Below are positions 54,076-64,000 of a stretch of 64,000 nucleotides of DNA, piece by piece. Within the stretch, counting starts at the first letter, position 1. Every line of letters starts with the position of its first letter. This DNA is from Blasia pusilla (Eukaryota). The stretch is taken from contig CM114271.1 in the NCBI GenBank assembly GCA_050084515.1, positions 43,462,001 to 43,526,000 on the forward strand, written 5' to 3'. The translations under genes were made by a program, and so were the position numbers. The notes beneath the pieces are model-generated. The model ran no database searches and was not told the origin of the DNA. It was given only the letters and a program-made list of their open reading frames with translations.

Positions 54076-54942
54076 CCGAGTTCTCAACTCGGCGTCTCAT
54101 CAAGCTCAACCTTCCTTAATTCCTAGTTTCCAAAACATGGCAAGTCCTTCAAGACTTGGAACAGACTTCCTAATTAGTCCAGGAATCTGAAACGGCCTTT
54201 GCGCGCCTAGCGATCCCAACTGTTCAACGGACCTCGTGTGAGTTCCAAACCGAGACCCAAGTAATTGAGTCGCGGGGTGAAATCCAAGAGGGATGTCTAA
54301 AATCGCCTCAATAGACTTGGTGCAGGTTTTCCAACCCAACTCCCAAACTCGCGTTCCGTTCCATGCCCTTGAGCCGCCCCGTGGCGCCCAAAGTGGGGTT
54401 CGAGTTCCAAACACTCTTGGAGACCTTCCCCCTTACTAGTACTTCTGGGGTTCTCCAATAACCCCCCCCCCCCCCTTGGAAAAGGAGGGTCGGGCCCTTC
54501 ATTGTGGCCCTCAACCCGACTCTACTTACAATTGTTTCCGGGTTGTTTCTCAGCCGCTGCTAAAGCGTTTGCAAAGATCTTTAGTGCGTTTGAACTGGAT
54601 TTCCATAAGCTTTCTAACGCACCCTTATTTAATCCAAACACATCTTGGCGCTAAAAGTTATGGCCATAAATACAGTCGGAAACTCTCAAACGCTAGTGGC
54701 GTTCCAAATCCGGATTCTTCCTTTGGCAACCCACTTCTTAGACTCCACTTCTTTCAAGTCTCATTCCGCGTTTGGTCCAAGTTTCTCGGTCGCGACCACA
54801 ACATCTGAAACACGACGCCTCGCTCGCGTCTCGTCTCTTGTCTCCTCTTTGAGACTACTCCAATGCGCAAACCATCTTAGCGTGAGCCCGCTAATGTTCC
54901 GATGTTCCACTTGGCACTTGTTTGGTCATGAGGGTCGCGACA
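54076..54942 (-). repeat. Chromovirus 5' LTR, missing the inner 140 bp
   Basis: Matches 48023-48887 with about 20 substitutions and one small indel by eye; no counterpart of 47883-48022 and no PBS. Confidence 0.93.
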
Positions 54943-55575
54943 GATAGAATCCTCCTCCTTTGCTTCATCCCTTCTTTTGTTTTGGCACTTGGTGCTGACT
55001 CAATCACAATATGCTTTTCATGTAGTACCACTTAGTCGAGGCTAGGTGAGCGTCGGATTGCATAGCGATTTCAACATGCACTTACATCACAACATCCATA
55101 CATCAGAGGAAGAAACCATGGTAGGATGTATGCAAGGAAATTTCCTTCTTTCTAGTGAGTCAAGTGCACTTCTCCATTGTAGGCCTTGTAGTTCTTAGCT
55201 TTTGTCTTCGTTTTTGTGAACACTCTATCACCTACTCAATTAGGCCCTATAGGCCATCAAAGAAGGTTGGCTAAGCTCTTGGTTGCAAGGACTTTTCCTC
55301 TGTGCATGGATTTCTAGTGAATAATGGACTCCTCAAACCACCTTCCCTTGAGTCCGAGTCACTGGAATCAACAATTTGAATATCCACACCTCCCTATACA
55401 CATACAAAAATTAATCAAATCCACCAAGATTCAATGCACAAGTGCATATCCATGCAAAATATCTATCAATAAGCCTAGTGTTAAATTGAGAAGAGTTATT
55501 CAACAAAAATTACAAAAGGATGGGAATATACCCTAACTACGACATATACTTGGTTATGTGTATATGCATGACAAC

Positions 55576-56191
55576 TGTTACATCTTTTAGGATAGATCGA
55601 CAAGTTTTGATTGAGCGCCTTTGAGGATATTGGAAGATAGCCTCAAGAGTTCGAGGATGACCTCTTGAGGCTTTTTGTAATATGAGAGAGCAGCTTTTCC
55701 ATTCATTTTGGCTCATTTGGAATTATATAGAGAAATTTACTATTTTGTGTAAGTTTTTACTAAGAGTATAGTTGACCTTCCACTTTGGGAAGTGATCCTT
55801 GACCATCTATAATAGGTCAAGAGCAAAGGAGATGACATGCAAGCATAGGTTACCATAGAGAGAGAGTTTGTGAGGGAAGGAGATATACCTAAGAGAGAGC
55901 TTTAGAGCTCATTCACTCTTTGTTGAACCTCTTGGCATGAAGCGGAGGAGCTATGATCCTCCTTGCCTGATGAGTAATCCAAGCCTCTCATTAAGAGAAT
56001 GGGTTTGGTAACTTATGCTTGCAATAGGTTACCATAGAGAGAGAGTTTGTGAGGGAAGGGGATATACCTAAGAGAGAGCTTTAGAGCTCATTCACTCTTT
56101 GTTGAACCTCTTGGCATGAAGCGGAGGAGCTATGATCCTCCTTGCCTGATGAGTAATCCAAGCCTCTCATTAAAAGAATGGGTTTGGTAAC
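55576..56191 (+). repeat. LTR-like repeat (family 'c') with an internal 179-bp-period tandem duplication
   Basis: Starts TGTTACATCTTTTAGGATAG, resembling the reverse complement of the 47559 end; 55845-56012 is repeated at 56024-56191. Confidence 0.75.
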
Positions 56192-57425
56192 CCATTCTCT
56201 TACCCATTTTTGTTATAAAAATTGAGATAATTATGTACGAAAATATCTCCAATAAATCATACATACCTATTAACCTATTACCAAACCCATTTTCGTACAT
56301 AATTATCTCAATTTTTACATGCCATGAGTTAATATGATATCTAATGTATTTTTGTGAATATTCGCACAAGAGATCCTACCCCTTCATAGTACATTTAAGA
56401 TTTTATAACAAAAACTTCAATATATTTTAAAAGGGACCCCTCATCTCTCACCCCTTCCTCCCTACCTACAAAACCTATAAAATTGGTGCACTTGAAGAAT
56501 ATTATACAATTGTAGCCTATATTGGAGTATTTATATCATTAACACATCTCTCAAGATTAGCATACGCATATCTAAAGTGTGCATAGTTTTTAAAGCATTA
56601 ATGATTAGATCAATAGATCCTCATAGAAAATTATTTTCCCCTCTAAGTAAAATCCTAAGAACATCTAAATGCTTAGTCGTTAATCTATTATGACACTTTG
56701 TCTTAATGGTATTCTACATGGATAAGTCTCTCTCATAAATTGCAATACTCACACATTGGATCTTATCCACCAATGTTGGATAATACAAGAAAAATTTACG
56801 ACTAACATTACAAGTATAGGCTCCAATTTACCATTTTCCACAAGTCGCTATCTTTCCATTCTGTCGTAGCCATGAGCTTAAGTGACTGAAACTTTAATTT
56901 CACGGCTCTTGATTTCACAGTAAGAAGTTGGAATTGACCCCTCAATGGCAAATCCCTTCTAAAAGATTTTCAAAGGTCAATAACATCCACATCCTTGCAA
57001 CCCCAACTATTCAACCCTACTAGCCTTAAGGGCATATATAGAGGATTCATTGCACCTATCAAATTATTATCCCTAAATTAATTTTATAAGGCCACACATA
57101 TATTCTTAGCATAGCTATTATGGCCTTTGCTAGTAGTCTATTCCAAGTACAGGTAATGTCTCTACCCCTAACAGAGAAATGAGTATCGATTATGGTCGAC
57201 TCATGGCTCTAGTATGGATCATTAGGCCTAGCCAATTCCTTGTATGCTAATAGGGATGTATTATAAAATTACACATTTTTAATCAACATATATCGGTTAT
57301 CATGAACACATTTCTAAAATCCATCTATCTTATGAATATTTTGACAACTCTACATAAATGACTAGCAACATCTAATAATTCAATGATTTCCTTAGATATG
57401 ATTTGTGATGCAATCTTTAAATCTG

Positions 57426-57428
<3 letters not shown>

Positions 57429-57466
<38 letters not shown>
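57429..57466. repeat. (AT)n microsatellite
   Basis: Perfect AT run of about 38 bp. Confidence 0.95.
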
Positions 57467-57469
<3 letters not shown>

Positions 57470-59318
57470 CTCTTTGTCAACCCTAGCACTCTCTCAACTT
57501 AAGAGACTCTAGGCTCAATAAACCATCATAACCTTGTTAAATACTATAGATCACACTCTAGGGGTTTGTTATCTAAGGATGGGCTCTCAAATGAGCTTCC
57601 TCAAGGATATATCCTCCTTGAGCTGTGTGCACATATTGCCATTCCAATCAAGAGACCACAGTATAAGTGAAGTACACTATGTATATACCCTCCTCAATTG
57701 ACTCAACTACCTCTACACCTAATCTTTCAATAATGCGGGAGATGCATGTTCAACAAGAAAAAGCCTCCCATCATAGATAAATTCTTCTAATATTATCCTA
57801 CCTTAGCCTTAGTGGCTAAAACGGAGCCACTATGTGTATGCCGCTCAATAATATATCATCCAACATAAATGGGCAAGATGATATGTAGACATGAGTCATC
57901 TCAAAGATAACAAGTCGCAATAACTTCCTGAAATAAGGATTACAAAGGACCCTTCTAAGTCTTGATGCAAACTCTTCAACCTCCTTATAGTTACAACATG
58001 AAAATACTCATCACCAACGATATACAATGATCGCTATCAACACAAATTTCTAACATCAATTTGTCTTATGAATCCTACAACATCTCAACACGAGCAACCA
58101 AATACACCCACTCAATTCCTTAGTTGTTGGTTAAATCCCCTTCACTCTAGATACCCTACAAACTAAATCTACATGCAAACATCAAGCATATTTTTGGTGT
58201 TGAGATCAAGAGGTCAAGTGTTATATTCGTGCATCATTAGTCACCTTCTTATGATCCATAATATCAAGAATCATGTTGTAATCCACACATCCATAAAAAT
58301 CCTGAGTACATCTTAAATAAGTCCAATAACTACGAGGAACCAATTCAGGAGGCAATGTCAAACAAAACATAGGGTGCCCTATTGAATAACCACCCGGAGC
58401 TCACATCAAGATTACTCCCTCACAAACCCCTATAACATGCATCTCACACCTATATAAGTCATTTCTAAACTAGCTTCTGCTCTCCCATCCAGGCGGACCT
58501 ATCATCCCGTCCAACTTAAGGATTTCAAATGAGGAATTTTTTTAATTTCCAGGTGAGGGTTATTATAACTATGGGTTGTGACAATCCATAGTTGGGTCGC
58601 CAAAAAACATGCTAATAAAGTGGATACTAATTGTTATCACAAATTAAATTGAAGTACTTATAAACACGATCTTAAAGTGTCTTTTGAGACAATCCCTTTG
58701 GCTGGGTAAGTGAAGGTTTGAATATCCTCCGATGTTTCCACGCTTTTGGGTGGCTAAGACATTCAGGGCTACATACCTTAAAGGCCTCCGCAGGCAAGTT
58801 AAAGTCCAGGACAGTTTTCAGATCAATTTTAGTGATTCAAAACGGCTCCCAATTGACTCAGATTACTATAAGGTCACCATACATGAGGGAGCACAATACT
58901 CTAATGCAAGCTCATTGAAGACTCATACACCTCGTCAATGTGGGCCTGTTGGAATGTCTGAGTCCAAAATATTTGCTCGTCTGTAACAACACTTCTAAGT
59001 GGTTTCTCTCCAGCTCGAGACCGACCTGACCTACTTGTCTAAAATGTCTGGATGAAAATAGCACTTTTTCAAGTCCCAAGTCACATTCATGACAGATGGA
59101 CTCGACATCATCATGGTCCTCTCCTGCGCCCACTCTAAATTAGTGGTCGAACGCCCAAGTTTGTTTGATATCTTTTTTGAGGCTTGAAATCCTCCGGTCA
59201 ATGAAGCTGGAGATTCATTCTGTCAACAGCGGTGAATGCTGTCTCAACCCAAATCCATGCTCCTCATCAAAGTACTCGGATACGCAGTGGAAAGAGTGGG
59301 ATAAAAGACTTGGGTTTG

Positions 59319-61607
59319 TCAACTGCCTGGCGACTGTGCTTTGGCAGCCGGGCCCAAATAGTTGGTCACCATTCCCATCACAGCGAACCTGTTGCATGCC
59401 ATACATAATCATCAGACAATTGGGTAGAGATCGGCACACATTCGAACATTTCTGATCCTCTGAGTTATACGGTGGACCTAAACCCTAAACCCTAAACCTT
59501 TTCCAACTTCAAAGAGATTGTCATCTTCAGACTAACAAGAACCTGCATGACCTTGATGAACACTGGGAAAAATGGACAGGATGAATCATGTGCGAAGAAA
59601 AAAGATGAACAGAGGGAAGTTTGTTTTTGCTCACACGTAGTAACCAGAAACCATGAGATTGAAAATATCGATACATTTTGTATGGTAAGGCAGTGGAATT
59701 TTGTACATAAATGGAATTTGAGAAGCTAGCCACCCCTTATCCCTTGCAGGACTGCCGTTCAGCGTTATTCTTCGGATCTAGAAAAAACCAGCTGTTCACA
59801 TAGATCTACGGAGAATGAGAGGGAGAGTGTAGTCATACATGTGTAGCGGTCAAACCCTAACTACTCTTCACCAGGGTTGGGTGGGGCAAACAAGAAGCTT
59901 AAGGCCAAGGAAGAAAACAACGACAAAGGAAGAAAACAACCAATGGGAATCTTACGTGAATGCCATGACGACCTGCTTCAAATCGTTTTCGACGTTCTTC
60001 ATGTTGGCAAAAGATTGTACACAGCATATTAGTGCCAACCAGCAGCCAGCCTTGTACTGCACAGGAAAATCAAAAGTTATTGATCTGCAACAGTTCTTTA
60101 GTCATTGAGTTGCTACTCTGCTCTATCCTGATATGGGAAAACCTTGGTGGTTTGACAACAGATTGAAAGAAATCGAATCTATAAGTTACACTGGCGGGAC
60201 CAATAAACGAACAAATGCGGTTACGATATCAATCTTAGATGAAGGAACTCAATCACCAAAAGACTCAACTCATTGAGTAGTGCCTGACTTATCCTTACGA
60301 CCATAGACCCTGTGCCCTGGTTGGAATGTGCTTGAAACTGGGATGGGTGTAGAGAGATGAAGTGAAAGAGGTACCATATGAGAGGAGGGAGACACTCTCA
60401 TATAGTGTGAGTGCTGACCATACAAAGTGTTGGCACGGAGCTTCCAAGTGTCAAATACCGAGAGAGAACGCCTGAAAGACCGTGAAATAGAGAATATTCG
60501 CTAACAAATAATGTTCGTGTATAGACGCACTACAATCCTTTTAAGAGCGGAAAGAACCAAATTCCAACTAAATTATCTCCGCATCCGTCCCCATGAAAGA
60601 AAACTTTCCAACAATTTTCCCACTTCTGCAGTTGCCAAGGAAACATAAGGTTACAATGCCTGCATATTTCTCGGATGGGAGCAGAGTTTTTTTTTACCAA
60701 AACTGAGACTTGATCCTGCACGCTCTCCAGTGGAGCGTAGAAACATGAAATATAGTATCACTGTATAGGTGGGCACGATAAATGAAAGTAACTCAGGCGC
60801 CATTCCACACATTTCAAAAGGATGTCAGTGAGAGGAAGTTTCTGACGGTGGTCTAGTCACACTTTTGAGGTTCACTTGCACTTTTCGAACGACGAACACT
60901 CACAGCCTTCCCAACTCTGGACAATTCTCTGGTTCGAGGGTTCATGACGAACACAAGGACTACCATACAAATCTACAAGCCTGACCAGCCGATGTCGTCA
61001 TTGATACCTTCCCCAAGAGTTCTCAGCTCGGTGTGGTACTGAGAAGCTCAATATCGAACCTCCAGACTGTACCCCAACTAAGCTGATGGTGACTGACGTT
61101 AGAGTCTTGAAGGGCACAGATTGCATTCACTTGTGAGATGGCTGAGTTGTCACTGGCGAACTCCCCGTACTGATAGATGAAAGGGATCGATCTACCTCAT
61201 CTACCTCCCCTAGTCCTTTTGATTTTGGAACAAAACCACATCTCGGATGCATGCAAAGCACGGTGCTTCACACTCAAAGTGATAAAACTCGGGATCTAGA
61301 TTTGCAATCTCTTTTGACCTATATCTTTCAACCAATTCCACTATCTCTTCCTTACGATCTCGCTTTCAAAATCTAGCCCCTATCGCCGATCAGCAGAAAC
61401 AGAACGCGTATCGAAACATTTTGGCGAGTAGATCAGACACAAGCCCCAGTGGAAGCCGTAGATTCTCACCCGGAGCATGACTCCTGCAATTCCAAACATG
61501 ACAGCCAGAAGACTCGCATAATCTGGCGGCAAGTCTTGAGGAGAAATCACAGGATGTACGTAAGGTCGGGCTGAAGTCGGCTGTCTAGGATCGCTGGTGG
61601 ACGCCAT
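59319..61607 (-). CDS. Asterix / PAT complex subunit (WDR83OS/PAT10 family); exons 61607-61470, 60056-59956, 59388-59319; 102 aa
   Basis: Spliced product MASTSDPRQP...QDLPPDYASLLAVMFGIAGVMLR|YKAGCWLALICCVQSFANMKNVENDLKQVVMAFT|FAVMGMVTNYLGPAAKAQSPGS*. Both introns are GT-AG and phase-consistent (138+101+70=309 nt). Confidence 0.9.
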
Positions 61608-62349
61608 AGCTGTCCCGTTCCACTTCCTCCGATCCGTCGCCCGTCAATTTTGAGCTCTCTCGAAGGTCGAAATTCCGCTGTGGAACCCTTTAGCTGTTCC
61701 CCGTGGTTTCGTCTAATGATTCTCCAGTGCACAATACAACCAATCGTGGACAGTGGCACGCACAGTGCATATCTATCGCGAAGTTCCTGTCCCCTCTTTG
61801 TCAGTCCGCCATTAAACTCGCGAAGTCTCTTCACGTCGGAATTAAGCAATGCGTAATCCCGTAAGTTTTTGCGGGATGGGGATAGGTTTGACTCGTTCCT
61901 TACGGATTGCGCTCATATTTTCAGTTGATATAAGTAATAAGTATAAAAATAAGTTGTCTTTAATCTTTATTGTAGGCAACGGGTCTCCATAATTTTGCAG
62001 CGCGCCCAGGCAAATGGGCTTCTATGGCGGGCTCAGGCGGTTGGAGATGCCAATGCTAGAGGCCCACTTAGTAGTAGTCATAGTTTTCTAGATGTTGCTG
62101 ATATTGTCTCTGCTGTTGGTGATTTTGGTCGTTAGGGGGGAAGGCCCCCTTCCTTCTCCTCGTGGCCAATATTTTATTCTTTTTTTCGCTAAATACTAAC
62201 TTTTTTATCACTAGTGTTTGAAGAGTTTTTTTAATATAACTCCAAAGGGAAGGCTTTACACAAATTCATTTCTTGCCGCTCGTAATATGTGCAAAATTTA
62301 TTTATAATGTTGCGTACAATTGGAATTTCTTTTTTTATTTTAGATAATA

Positions 62350-64000
62350 TTACATATAATTGACAATGATAAAATATGACAAATAAATGCAAACCTTTTG
62401 CAAGGTTTGGTCTTGAGATTTATTAACAGTCATAAAAAAAATTGGGTGAATATGGAATTGAAACCTACGTAAATCAAATGGCAAACGAGAATCCGATGCA
62501 ATCAATGGGATACACAAAATAAAAAGCCGATCTCCAATGTTTTTCCCTATGATGATTTCAACATCTATGCAATGTTGCATAAATCCATGAATCACCAATC
62601 TCGTTTCGTTTGCTTGTCCTTGTGACCCATTCATGTTTCGTAAGAGCATGATTGGTGGATCAATCTTCAAATTTAAACGATGCGGAGGTAGTCTAGAAGG
62701 CAAACATGTGTACAAAAATTCCGTTGGATAGATATGACTCATCCCCTCATTTGGAATATAGTCGTTGTTGAGGTAAATATGCTCTTATACACACTATATG
62801 ATAAATTCGTGAGAAAAAAATATAATAAAACAATCCTAAACCCTAAACCCTAAAAGAAAAGATCCATGTAGAAGATGTATCGAGGTTAAAAGATTACTTG
62901 TCCAGAAAACCGAGACATAACATCTGCATTTATGTCATCAACAACTCTATTTCTTGGAGTTAGAATAGTTGTATCTCTCAAGAAAATGTCGTGGAATTGG
63001 CTAGGAGAATTGCCATAGATCAGATCAATAAGATCAGATATCTTATTACTATCAATGAGAATTTCCGATGGTAATTGTACGAAATATTCTCCCAAATAAG
63101 GGTGCAAAGGTACACGACCGTCTCCCACTTCCAATAACCAATCAACAAAACCTTGTTGTTCAACACACAAATGACCTTCCAACCTTTGAACTCCCATGTT
63201 TGTTGTCAATTTCATGACCTTTACATTAGACCAAATAGATGATCTCTTTATGGTAACTTGGATGATTTGTGGTTGATCCCCATGACGAACAAGTGGCAAC
63301 ACTTGACGAAAGTCACTACTAAATATCATAAGTTTTCAGCCAAATAGTAATTGTTTTAGATCATCATAAACAACTTCCATAATATCTTGTAAAGTGCAAT
63401 TCAGAGCCTCGAATGCATGACGATGAATTATAGGTGCTTAATCCCATATAATGAGCATTGCCTCGCGGATTAAGCGTGCTCCATCACTATCGATTGATAA
63501 ACTATAAATGACAAAGGAAAATAGATTAGAAGTTGTAATAATTGTAATTGGACTAATGAAACTTTGTGTATCAATAGAATTGCATGTAAAGTGGTTAATG
63601 ATATTTACTTGCAAGTAGAGCTCTCATGAAGATTGATGGGGATCTTGAAACGCAAATGTGCAGTTCGTCCTCTGTCTAACAATAAAGCACCCATTCCAAA
63701 TGATGCTATGGCTAATGCTATACCTCTTGCACTCCTTACACTTGCAAGGAGCAGATTATATAGAAATTTCTTTCCCGTTCCACTTGGACCGTCAATGAAA
63801 AATACTTTTGAAGATGGTGGAGCATTTAAACATATTTGATCAAGTTCATCATGTATAGCACCCAAAATAACACATTTTACTTTTTTCAGACACGCTTCTC
63901 TCAATTGCACTTCCTCAAATAATTCTTCAGTATCATATAATAGTTCTTATTCCTCCAAATATGCAAGTGAATGAAGGCTTTGGAAATTAACTTGGGCATG
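62350..64000 (-). mobile_element. Helitron Rep/Hel remnant (PIF1-like helicase), running off the window end
   Basis: FFIDGPSGTGK, GRTAHLRFKIPI, DFRQVLP, ILTPRN, LPPHRLNLK..PIMLLRN, MTVNKSQDQTL; disrupted by stops and probable introns. Confidence 0.88.

Larger units (their letters stand above)
47883..54942 (-). mobile_element. Near full-length chromovirus (Ty3/gypsy, Tcn1-like) with 5-bp TSD GATAG
   Basis: TGTCGCG...CGCGACA ends; GATAG at 47878-47882 and 54943-54947. gag 53121-54065, knuckle CYNCGEPGHLAKVC, protease LVDTGASHSF, RT MPFGLCNAP..FIDDILIYS, RNase H TDASDF, integrase 49500-51203, chromodomain FEVETIL..VKWKGY..EATW. A few stops and frameshifts. Confidence 0.95.

Noticed and set aside
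59477-59499. CCCTAAA telomere-like repeats (also 62834-62853)
   Set aside because: Only about three units each; such short interstitial motifs are common in plant DNA and do not mark a telomere.
62088-62150. GGGGG-AAGG-CCCCC hairpin plus CTAG as the Helitron 3' end
   Set aside because: The hairpin lies about 45 nt from the CTAG, much further than usual, so the end cannot be fixed.

Overview
Eukaryotic, intron-containing, transposon-rich DNA, most likely from a non-seed land plant (inferred from the gene style and transposon lineages; the species cannot be named from this window). Three intact spliced host genes are present: mitochondrial succinate/fumarate carrier SFC1 (+), COM1/GR1 (SAE2/CtIP) (-) and Asterix/PAT10 (-). 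They lie among decayed Ty3/gypsy, Ty1/copia, CACTA, MULE and Helitron remnants. The standout is a 9.4-kb Ty3/gypsy-type element (37504-46908, -). Its pol carries a full C5-cytosine DNA methyltransferase domain between protease and RT and a PHD finger after the integrase. Its ends follow an A-internal-B-A-B split direct repeat layout with a 4-bp CACT flanking duplication instead of a normal LTR pair, and it is nested in the leader of a related element that shows no methyltransferase. A neighbouring young chromovirus (47883-54942) has a 5' LTR truncated exactly at a GT donor-like site, as if copied from a spliced RNA. All calls were made by eye, without database searches.
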